From assembly GCA_038230375.1 (NCBI GenBank), contig JBBRNJ010000036.1, positions 1 through 64,000 of the forward strand: a stretch of DNA of 64,000 bases, in the 5' to 3' direction. Under the pieces are notes generated by a model that made no database searches, was not told the origin of the DNA, and worked only from the letters and a program-made list of their open reading frames with translations. Each line of letters opens with the position of its first letter. The stretch's first letter is position 1. Made by a program: the position numbers and the translations under genes. Shown piece by piece: positions 57,301-64,000 of this stretch. The DNA comes from Polyangiales bacterium (lineage in GTDB: Bacteria; Myxococcota_A; Polyangia; Polyangiales; Polyangiaceae).

Positions 57301-57601
57301 CGAGCGACACCGCAGTCCGTACGACCCGCTCACTGTCGAGGAGGCCGCGCTCGATGCGAGCGTGAAGTGGCTGCGTCCCGTCCTCATGACCACGCTCGTC
57401 GCGCTCTTCGGCTTGCTGCCCGCGGCGCTGTCGACCGGCATCGGCTCGGAGACCCAGAAGCCGCTCGCCGTCGTCGTCATCGGCGGCGCAATCGTGCTCG
57501 CGGTCGTCGCGCGCCTCGTGCAGCCTCCGCTGCTCGTTCTCATCCACGGGTTCCGCGAGCGCCGGGGCCTCCAGAGCGTCATCCCGCCGCGACTGCGGTA
57601 G
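54368..57601 (+). CDS. czcA: CusA/CzcA-family heavy-metal RND transporter
   Basis: IEAYP, GAVDFGIVVDS..MME, EFMPKLEEG, GRPDDGTD, LRPVLMT, QKPLAVVVIGG. Confidence 0.9.
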   Translation: MIERLVAWALRAPILVFFLAVGLIGAGAWSYKELDIEAYPNPVPPLVEILALPDGMSSEDVERYVTVPLEIGLSGMPGLDHVRSQSLFGLSDVKCYFKWGTTYEQARQEVLNRLNIVKLPEGVEAGVSPWNAIGEVFRYELKGPGFSLRELKTAQDWILERQFKQVPGVIDVVSFGGQTKQYHINVDPFRLRGYGVNLEQLMNAVSDANQNVGGQRLTLGEQAYTIRGVGLVRNVHDIEAIVIAARAGVPIRVRDVAQVELGGAPRLGIVGHDGNDDIVQGTVLMRYGGQTAKTLKGIHERVEFIKKNHLLPTGMDIAPYYDRGNLVELTTHTVIENVVVGMVLVTIILVLFLGHARAALITALNIPLALLVAFAGMVATGTPANLISIGAVDFGIVVDSTVIMMESIFHFLGPHGRGTIQERILAGARQVARPMAFATLIIGVAFLPLFTMTGVSGVIFSPMAHTYAFAIGGAIILALTLTPAITSKALSIGTEEQDSFATRQVKKLYTPIFKLGVKRPWIALGIGLVPVVGGLGLFTALGGEFMPKLEEGNLWIRASMETSVSLEQSGRYVGRMRAILRGCPPAPTECTDQNRAHPEVVTVISQLGRPDDGTDVAGFQNIELFAPLKPNDQWRKGMTKERLTEELSHQLVEAFPGVGFNFSQMISDNVEEAMSGVKGENSIKIFGPEVKENERLADKTVAILEGVRGVRDLGLVRSSGQPSIKIVPDRQESSRYGLNTGNVESVIQAAIGGKGITRVYEGDRTFDLTVRWLMPYRDSVETIKELMIFAPDGTPVPLGQIAQVTIEDSPSVIFREDGTRYTPIKFSVRGRDLEGTIAEAQAKVTDKVKHDDSVHLEWGGEINELREAQHRLAFIIPATLVIIALLVYGSVRSFWNTVIVLFNIPVACAGGVLALFVTHLNFSVSAAMGFISIFGIAIQDAILVVSHFQRVRDPEKQGLSVEEHDVADQLAAQAQADPERHRSPYDPLTVEEAALDASVKWLRPVLMTTLVALFGLLPAALSTGIGSETQKPLAVVVIGGAIVLAVVARLVQPPLLVLIHGFRERRGLQSVIPPRLR

Positions 57602-57614
57602 CGCCGGTCACGGG

Positions 57615-58274
57615 TCAGCCCTTTGTCACGAGGCAGCGGTTCCAGTTGGAGCGGTCGGTCCGGGCGGTCCATTCGCCGAGATCCTTCGTGAGCTGCAGCG
57701 TGCGCGCCTGAGTGCCCACGAGCGCGTTCACCGTGAGGGTCAAAACGACGCGATTCTCGATCGCCGCGGGCCCTTGCTTCGGCTGGACCTCCGCATGAAT
57801 CGACACGCTCACCAGGTGGAGCTCGCGGTCCACGACCACCGTCTGCGGCGCACCGAGCGCCGACTTGCCGTGACTCGTGAAGTGCACGCGGGAGAAATGA
57901 AAGTTGCCGGCAATGTTTGCGTCTGTGGCGTTCCGGCACTCGAGGAAGTGGCTCGTGCTCGTCTGGTCGAGCGTGCACGCGCCAGGATCGAGCTCGAGGT
58001 GCAACGCAGCATCCAGTACCTGGAGCGGCTGCTCACCCGGCTCCTGGAACGCGCGCATCAGCCTGTCGCCTGCCTCCGCGAGGTCGACGCGCGTCGTCTG
58101 GATGTAGCGGTCGTGCGGGTCCGTGAGGATCTGGAAATGCTCCCCCTGCTCGAGCGTGTCGCAGATGAGCGTGCTGTCCGGCCTTGTGGCGCCGCGGGCC
58201 TGGGCGGTGCTCGTGGATGACTGGGTGAGGGTGGCTGCGCAAGCGATGGCGAGGGCAAGAGTGCGAATCTTCAC
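57615..58274 (-). CDS. Hypothetical secreted protein
   Basis: Sec signal ending AQA; GGAG RBS. Confidence 0.55.
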   Translation of the reverse strand: MKIRTLALAIACAATLTQSSTSTAQARGATRPDSTLICDTLEQGEHFQILTDPHDRYIQTTRVDLAEAGDRLMRAFQEPGEQPLQVLDAALHLELDPGACTLDQTSTSHFLECRNATDANIAGNFHFSRVHFTSHGKSALGAPQTVVVDRELHLVSVSIHAEVQPKQGPAAIENRVVLTLTVNALVGTQARTLQLTKDLGEWTARTDRSNWNRCLVTKG

Positions 58275-58379
58275 GTGACTCTCCGTTCCGTTCGAGGTTC
58301 ACCTCTGGAACGCACGAGCGACACGACCGGCGCACAGAAAGTTTCGAGTCGCGTTCTCGAACCCGAGTAAGGGTGTCGC

Positions 58380-59279
58380 GTGGCCCAAGAACCCCGTGAC
58401 AGCGCGAAGCATCGGAAGGACGACCCTGCCAGCCGGGCGAAGGCGATCATTGCCTCATTGCGCGTAGGCGCACCGACCTCGGGGGAGGTCTCCGAGGCGT
58501 TCTGGGAGCTCGATAGGCTTCCGCTCGACATCGTTCGCGATGCGCTCGCTGCGTGGCTCGGTCCACTGCCCGATGCCGATCGGCTCGACAACGCCACGCG
58601 ACTCCATCATGGGCTTCCTCTGCGTCCGCTGCGGCTCCGCACGCTGTCTGTCGAGTGCGACGCGGATGTCCTCGACCTCGGACCCGTCGCGGAGGAGCAG
58701 CTCCGGATCGCCGGCGCGAGCTGGGATGGTGAGGATAGGGCTGCGGAGGACCGCCTGGACGGCGAGCTCGAGGGGTCGTTCGCAGGCACGCTCGAGCGAC
58801 GCGTGCTCGGGGACGTGGAGGCGTACGGGGACACACCGCTGTTCGACGTGCTGCGTTTCGCCGAGGACTCGGGCGTCGTGTTCGCCTCGGGAAGCACGCG
58901 CATCGTGGCGTGGATCGCGTACAACCGCGTCGAGATGCGCGACCGGCGCATCCGCATCGCGATCGAGGCAGCGCTCGCCGCTCCGACCGATCTCTCCGAA
59001 GACGAGCCGGTGATCGAGAAGGTCGTCGCAAAGGAGGCCGTCGCGAAGAAGGTCGTCGCAAAGGAGGCCGTCGCGAAGAAGGTCGTCGCGAAGAAGGCTG
59101 TCGCGAAGAAGGCTGTCGCGAAGAAGGCCGTCGCGAAGAAGGCTGTCGCGAAGAAGGCCGTCGCGAAGAAGGCCGTCGCAAAGAAGGCTGTCGCGAAGAA
59201 GGTCGTCGCGAAGAAGGTCGTCGCGAAGAAAGTCGTCGCGAAGAAGGCCGTCGCAAAAAAGGCTGCGAAGAAGCGGTAG
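58380..59279 (+). CDS. Hypothetical protein with histone H1-like (KK[A/V]VA)n tail
   Basis: Acidic N-terminal region of ~210 aa followed by 16 pentapeptide repeats. Confidence 0.7.
   Translation: MAQEPRDSAKHRKDDPASRAKAIIASLRVGAPTSGEVSEAFWELDRLPLDIVRDALAAWLGPLPDADRLDNATRLHHGLPLRPLRLRTLSVECDADVLDLGPVAEEQLRIAGASWDGEDRAAEDRLDGELEGSFAGTLERRVLGDVEAYGDTPLFDVLRFAEDSGVVFASGSTRIVAWIAYNRVEMRDRRIRIAIEAALAAPTDLSEDEPVIEKVVAKEAVAKKVVAKEAVAKKVVAKKAVAKKAVAKKAVAKKAVAKKAVAKKAVAKKAVAKKVVAKKVVAKKVVAKKAVAKKAAKKR
59016..59255 (+). repeat. 15-bp coding tandem repeat x16
   Basis: aagaagg(c/t)(c/t)gtcgc(g/a) units. Confidence 0.95.
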
Positions 59280-59287
59280 CGCTCCTC

Positions 59288-60365
59288 TCACTTCTTCTGC
59301 GCGACGAACCTCACGAGCTTGGTCGGTTGAAGCCCCCAGTCCGCGCGATCTTCGACCACGTCGTCGCGCAGGATCTCGAAGCCGTCCTTGAACAGCGGAG
59401 CGAGCTCGCCCGTCTCGAAGCCGCTGCTGCCCACGCCGAAGGTGCTGGACTTGTGGAACACCTCCACGACGATGACTCCGCCCTTCTTGAGCGCCGTCTT
59501 GATCCTCTCGAGCATCGCGTGGTCGGTGCCGGCGTAGATCATCGTGACGAGATCCCAGCGCTCTCGCCCGAGATCCCATGTGTCCACGTCAGCCTCGACG
59601 GCGTCGATCACCACGTTCTTCTTCGCGGCGTTCTCCCGCGCGATGCGAATGCCGGTGTCCGAGATGTCAATGCCTGTGACCTTCCACCCCTGCGATGCAA
59701 GGTAGACGGTGTTGCGCCCTTGCCCCATCAAGAGGTCGAGCGCGACGCCCTTCGGCCGGCCCTTCACGGTGTCGACGAGCAACTGGTTCGGCTCCGGGTT
59801 GAAAGCGATCCCGCGACGGTACTCCTCGTTCCAGCGATCGCGGTCTGCATCCAAGCCGGCCTTCTGCCACTGCCAGTGAGCGACCTTCCAGTCCAAGCCC
59901 TCACGCACCCAGACCAGCGTGTTCCATCCGTCGAACGTCATCGGCGACCCGGCATCGTCCATGACTAGGCTCACCACTGCCTCGCCGATGAACGTCGCGG
60001 TGCCGTGGCCAAGGTGAACCTGCTGGCTCTTCCACGTGCGCGACATGGACGCCGGCGCACGCGTGCTCTTGCGCGACGTCATCACCTTGAGCAGCGTCTC
60101 CTTGTCGTAGAACCAGCCCTGCTGGAGCTCCACGAAGGAAGCGCCGAGCTGCGCGGTGACGGCGGGGACATCGAGGCGATCATTCGCGTCCAGGAACGCG
60201 AGGCTCTTCGCCTTCACCGCAGCTTCGTCGAGATCGGGCGCGTCGGCCGTGCACGCGACGGGCTTCGCCCCCGCGCTCGTCACCGCTCGCACCGGTTGGA
60301 TTGCAGCCAAGGAAGCCTGCCGGCGCCAGCGCCAGCAGTGGAACGAGCATGAGCGAACCGCGCAT
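59288..60365 (-). CDS. SnoaL/DUF4440 domain fused to class I SAM methyltransferase; lipoprotein signal separated by an apparent +1 frameshift near 60295
   Basis: ALDLLMGQGRN..YLA..GW.VTGIDIS, LKKGGVI; NTF2-like TLVWVREG..WKVAH; MRGSLMLVPLLALAPAGFLGC in the adjacent frame. Confidence 0.75.
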
Positions 60366-60404
60366 GACGCAGACCGTATCGCGAAGTTCGCGCGCGGCGC
60401 CGCG

Positions 60405-61013
60405 CTACTTGTGCGTTCCGACCCTGGTGAATGTGCAGTCGAGGACCAGATCTCCCGAGGTGTCCTTCGTCCACTTGACGACGAAGTCGGTGGTGAAGCC
60501 GTTACCGTCTGCGTTGACGACCTGCGTCCCCTTCGTCACGGCCGTGTATCCGTTGTTGTCCGTGGTGCAGTCGTAGGTCGTGGTGCACCCGTCCTGACTC
60601 ACGCTGACGGCGCAGCCCGTGGTGTCCACACCACCATCGTTCGGGTAGTTGTCCGTCGACGTGTTGTTGCCGCAAAGGAACTGGTAGGTGCCGCTGGCGT
60701 CCACGTCGCCCCCGCTGACACCGGTCTGGACGACCGTGTACGCGCCGTCGTTGATCTTCTTGCAGCTGCCAACGACAGTCCCCGCGTCCATCTTGGTCGC
60801 GCCCGCGTCCTTGGCGGGTGAGCCGCCCCCATCGTCGTTTCCGCCGCCGCTGCTGCCGTCCTTCGTCTGCGGTGACGACGAGCCGGTGTCGCTCGCGGTG
60901 GATGCGTCGGACGTATTGGTCGACCCGCTGCTCCCCGAGTCGGAGCACGCGGCAGCCACTGCGATCGTGAGGGCGGAGGAGGTGAGAATGATGGGGAGGC
61001 TGCGAAGCTTCAT
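60405..61013 (-). CDS. Hypothetical lipoprotein
   Basis: Lipobox AAAC; Ser/Gly linker; Cys-containing beta domain. Confidence 0.7.
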   Translation of the reverse strand: MKLRSLPIILTSSALTIAVAAACSDSGSSGSTNTSDASTASDTGSSSPQTKDGSSGGGNDDGGGSPAKDAGATKMDAGTVVGSCKKINDGAYTVVQTGVSGGDVDASGTYQFLCGNNTSTDNYPNDGGVDTTGCAVSVSQDGCTTTYDCTTDNNGYTAVTKGTQVVNADGNGFTTDFVVKWTKDTSGDLVLDCTFTRVGTHK

Positions 61014-61136
61014 GTTCCATTTGACGAAGCAGGTGCGCAGCCCATGCCGGACATCGGCGGACATTCGTCGGAACGAGAATATTGAGGCGTCCTTGCGCGT
61101 CAAAAGCGGATGGGACGTCGTTTTTCGACGTCTGGG

Positions 61137-62039
61137 TCACGGGGGCGGCGCGATGGGCTGCGCGCTCGGCTTCGCGGCCTCACGGCGCGCAAAGAACCAG
61201 AGCCAGATGCCCAGCGCGAAACATGCAATGCACACCCATTGCGCGGGCGTGAGCGACAGGTAGCGCGCGTCGCCGCCATCCGTCTCCGGGACGCGCAGGA
61301 AATCCAGCGGGAAGCGCAGCACCGGGTAGATCAGGCAGGCGAGCACGGTGAACGTGCCAGGCATGAGCCGCTTCTTCCAGAGGAGGACAAAGCCGATCGC
61401 CATCGGGATGCACAAGAGGAGCTCCAGCAACCCCAGATCGTAGCGGGGGATGACGCCATGATGCAGGCCGATGAGCCCGTAGTCGTCCACGGGGCCTGGG
61501 CCCGTTGCCACTGCGAAGATCGCATCACGTGTCGTCACCTTCCCGGGATGGTCGTGCACGAGCGCGCATCCGAGTCGCCCGATGCACCACGCGATCGGCA
61601 GCGACGAACACATGAGATCGCTCACCATGAGCCCCGGGCCTTCGGGCACTGCCTTCCAGCCGACCTTGTGGAGCGTGACCGGGCCGAGCTTCTTCCACGG
61701 GACGAACTCGAACCACTTCCAGTAGAAGCCCGCCGCGACGCCGCCGATGAAGCCGCCGTACGAGCTCATGTGCTCCCAGAAGAAGAGGAGCATCCATGGC
61801 TTCTCCACCACCTCGTGCGGGTAGTAGGTCACCTCGTCGAACACGTGGCCAAGGATGAAGCCCCAGCACACGATCCATCTCGTGAACGACACGAGCTTCT
61901 TGTGATCCCAGCCGTAGAACCGCGCGCGTCGCTTTGCGAGCTCCCATCCGACGTACACCGAGAGGCCGACGCACGGCCCGAACGGATTGATCGGGACCGG
62001 TCCAACTCGCCACGTGTAGAACTCGACGTACGGGATCAT
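61137..62039 (-). CDS. lgt: Prolipoprotein diacylglyceryl transferase-family protein (divergent)
   Basis: MSSYGGFIGG, IGRLGC...DHPG, Y..LRF.LDFLR, LTPAQW. Confidence 0.8.
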   Translation of the reverse strand: MIPYVEFYTWRVGPVPINPFGPCVGLSVYVGWELAKRRARFYGWDHKKLVSFTRWIVCWGFILGHVFDEVTYYPHEVVEKPWMLLFFWEHMSSYGGFIGGVAAGFYWKWFEFVPWKKLGPVTLHKVGWKAVPEGPGLMVSDLMCSSLPIAWCIGRLGCALVHDHPGKVTTRDAIFAVATGPGPVDDYGLIGLHHGVIPRYDLGLLELLLCIPMAIGFVLLWKKRLMPGTFTVLACLIYPVLRFPLDFLRVPETDGGDARYLSLTPAQWVCIACFALGIWLWFFARREAAKPSAQPIAPPP

Positions 62040-62087
62040 CGCGCCCGCTCTGTCCTAGCGCCTCACAGACGAAGGTGAAAGCTCAAG

Positions 62088-62768
62088 TCACTTGCAGGCG
62101 CCGGAGACGCAGGTCGTGCTGCCGTGGCACTGCGCGCTGGTGTGACAGCCGGGGACGCAGCTGCCGGACGAGCAGATCTTCCCCGAGCCGTCATTGCCCG
62201 GGTTGCAGTCGCCGTCACCGTGGCACGTCGCGCCACCACCACCACCACCACCACCACCACCGCCGCCGCCACCACCGCCACTAGATCCATCGCACGGCCC
62301 CAGCGGCAGGGTCGTCTTCACGACGGTGACGTTGTAGCGGCCTGGGTGGTCGCGGAGATCGCTGTAGCCAAGGCCGCCGACGTTGCCGAAGAGGTGACTC
62401 GTGACCGCGGGTGAGGTGTCGAGCACTGCGATGCCCGCGCGGGTTTCGACGAAGGTGGCGGGGCCTGCGTCGTCCGTCCGCGCGACCACACACTTGCCGC
62501 TCGCCGTCGTGATCTTCAGGTGTACGCCGCAGCCGTATCGTTGCGATGACGCCACGAACCACGGCTGGTCGTTGCGCGAGTTCTGGTTCGTACACGCGAG
62601 CGGCTGATAGTCGCCCGGGCCGCCGAACGTCGTGACGCCATACGTCGTGTGTATCACCGAGCTGAGGTCCTCGGTCGTGGCGGCAGTGTCCTCTTCGGTG
62701 GACGCCGCGCAGGCGATCGAAACGATGGGGAGCAGGAGAGCGGAGAGAGTCTTGATGGTGCGGAGCAT
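62088..62768 (-). CDS. Lipoprotein with double-psi beta-barrel (RlpA/expansin-like) domain, poly-Gly linker and Cys-rich tail
   Basis: Lipobox SIAC; T.FG...AC...VAS...CG..LKIT...VA..DD.GP...LD.SPA. Confidence 0.65.
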   Translation of the reverse strand: MLRTIKTLSALLLPIVSIACAASTEEDTAATTEDLSSVIHTTYGVTTFGGPGDYQPLACTNQNSRNDQPWFVASSQRYGCGVHLKITTASGKCVVARTDDAGPATFVETRAGIAVLDTSPAVTSHLFGNVGGLGYSDLRDHPGRYNVTVVKTTLPLGPCDGSSGGGGGGGGGGGGGGGGATCHGDGDCNPGNDGSGKICSSGSCVPGCHTSAQCHGSTTCVSGACK

Positions 62769-62906
62769 GTTGGTCTTAGCCTCGTGGTGTTGTCGTGCCG
62801 TTGCCAACGTTCTACGGCGAAGCGGCGGACACGCTACGGACACCCGATGCCAACTTGGGGACGCAGGGTTAACCCACCCTGGGTCCCCGTTGAGCCAGCC
62901 GCTCGC

Positions 62907-64000
62907 TCAGTGGAGACACCGCGACGGCGTGTCGTCCGCAACGATCCCGTAGTTTCGCCCCATCCAGTACGCCTCCAGATAGTCGTGCCCGGGGTACGTC
63001 TGCGTCGCGCGGTCCGTGTCCTGCGCATTCCAGGGATTGGTGTGCCACGTGAGGAACGCAACCGCGCGGTCGCCGATCTCCGCCGCATCGGTCGCACAGC
63101 CGCCGTTCTTCGCGACACGCACGCGGGGAGGCGCAGGGAAGTTCTGGATCTGCCTCATCGCGTCGCTCCGCGGCGTCCCCGTGAGCGCCGCGGGCTCCAT
63201 GGCGCCAAGCTCGAACGCGAACAGGCTCTGCTTCTGATTGGACGCATCTGGCCACATCTTGTTGTCGATGACGTTCGCGAACAGAGACTTCTTGATGGCG
63301 GGTGACTGCTCCAGGAGTCCCCACGTGTACGCCGCGGTCCACGCGAGCCCGAGCCCGAAGTAGGACGTCGTGCACGAGTGCTGCGTCGTGCCCACGGGGG
63401 ACGCGACCGTTATCCAGTCGTTGGCGTTGCCCCACTCATCCGCGTTCGTCTCGTGAAACGCCTTCAGCGCAGCACGATCCGCGGCGTACGAGGGCACGCC
63501 CTCGCTCACGTGCAGCGCGGCCTGGATGATCCCGCCAACCATCAACGCGCTGGAGCTGCGCGGGATGTCGGGCAGGCTGGAGAGCGCCGCGAACTTCCGG
63601 AAGAAGAGCGCCGGATTCGGCATGAAATCGCGGCCGCCGCGCACCTGTCCGTTGGTCTTGTCCGAGAGGTTGATCTGGATCTCGACGGCCCCGTCCACCA
63701 TGTCGAGCTTCTCGGGAATGAAGAAGCGGACCTCCTTCTGCTCCACCTGACCCTTGACGCCGTTGAGCACGAGGCGCGTTGGCAGCATTCGCTTCTTCAC
63801 CATCTCCTTCGCCCACGTCATGACATCCGCACGAATGAGCTCGCGCCGATCCTCGTCGAAGCTCCCGAGCGCGTCGTACGCTGCGACCAGACCGAGCAGC
63901 GGACCCATGTACATGTCGCGGCTCGGCTGACCCACGTAGTCGTAGTGCTTGCCCGCGTAGACCACGTCGCAGTGGCGGTCGAAGTCGGCGCAGTTCCAGC
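62907..64000 (-). CDS. Hypothetical helical protein (5' end outside the window)
   Basis: Frame open to the window edge; SRDMYMG..G...AYD and DYLEAYWMGR motifs. Confidence 0.6.
   Translation of the reverse strand, partial: WNCADFDRHCDVVYAGKHYDYVGQPSRDMYMGPLLGLVAAYDALGSFDEDRRELIRADVMTWAKEMVKKRMLPTRLVLNGVKGQVEQKEVRFFIPEKLDMVDGAVEIQINLSDKTNGQVRGGRDFMPNPALFFRKFAALSSLPDIPRSSSALMVGGIIQAALHVSEGVPSYAADRAALKAFHETNADEWGNANDWITVASPVGTTQHSCTTSYFGLGLAWTAAYTWGLLEQSPAIKKSLFANVIDNKMWPDASNQKQSLFAFELGAMEPAALTGTPRSDAMRQIQNFPAPPRVRVAKNGGCATDAAEIGDRAVAFLTWHTNPWNAQDTDRATQTYPGHDYLEAYWMGRNYGIVADDTPSRCLH

Noticed and set aside
54455..57547. 1030-aa minus-strand ORF, and similar long shadow ORFs (20753..22843, 22569..24248, 31058..33058, 46272..47945, 6092..7414)
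   Set aside because: Antisense shadows of clear genes, expected in high-GC DNA; no recognisable motifs

Overview
GC-rich (visually ~68%) chromosomal window. Gene content (many Cys- and Gly-rich lipoproteins with DAG motifs, a split F0 ATP synthase cluster, sigma54-type promoters) suggests a myxobacterium, probably Polyangiales (inference). Housekeeping genes are upp, hisD, atpZ/atpB/atpE, rph-rdgB, ftsK, an lgt-like gene and tRNA-Arg(UCG). They are interspersed with two histidine kinases, an ABC1/UbiB kinase, an L,D-transpeptidase, a 1.5k-aa HExxH metalloprotease lipoprotein, two desaturases, a CzcB/CzcA-type RND pair and about 15-20 predicted lipoproteins. Mobile debris lies at 1-1640 (Rhs core remnant, addiction module with a chimeric ParE, truncated IS630 with an HTH passenger gene), and a GNAT/DUF1778 toxin-antitoxin pair lies beyond the tRNA 3' end. 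The most unusual items are: (i) an sdpA-sdpB pair with no sdpC precursor, followed directly by an unrelated lipoprotein gene and divergent from a stand-alone tandem PARP-type zinc-finger gene; (ii) a compact operon of a beta-barrel-like protein, a signal-less FAD oxidoreductase and a tiny Tat/lipobox Cys-His peptide; (iii) co-oriented GTCGAR hexamer tracts; (iv) an RHH-FHA regulator; (v) a protein with a histone-H1-like tail. Three apparent single-base frameshifts may be pseudogenes or assembly errors. No CRISPR array or rRNA was seen. All family calls come from motif recognition, not database searches.
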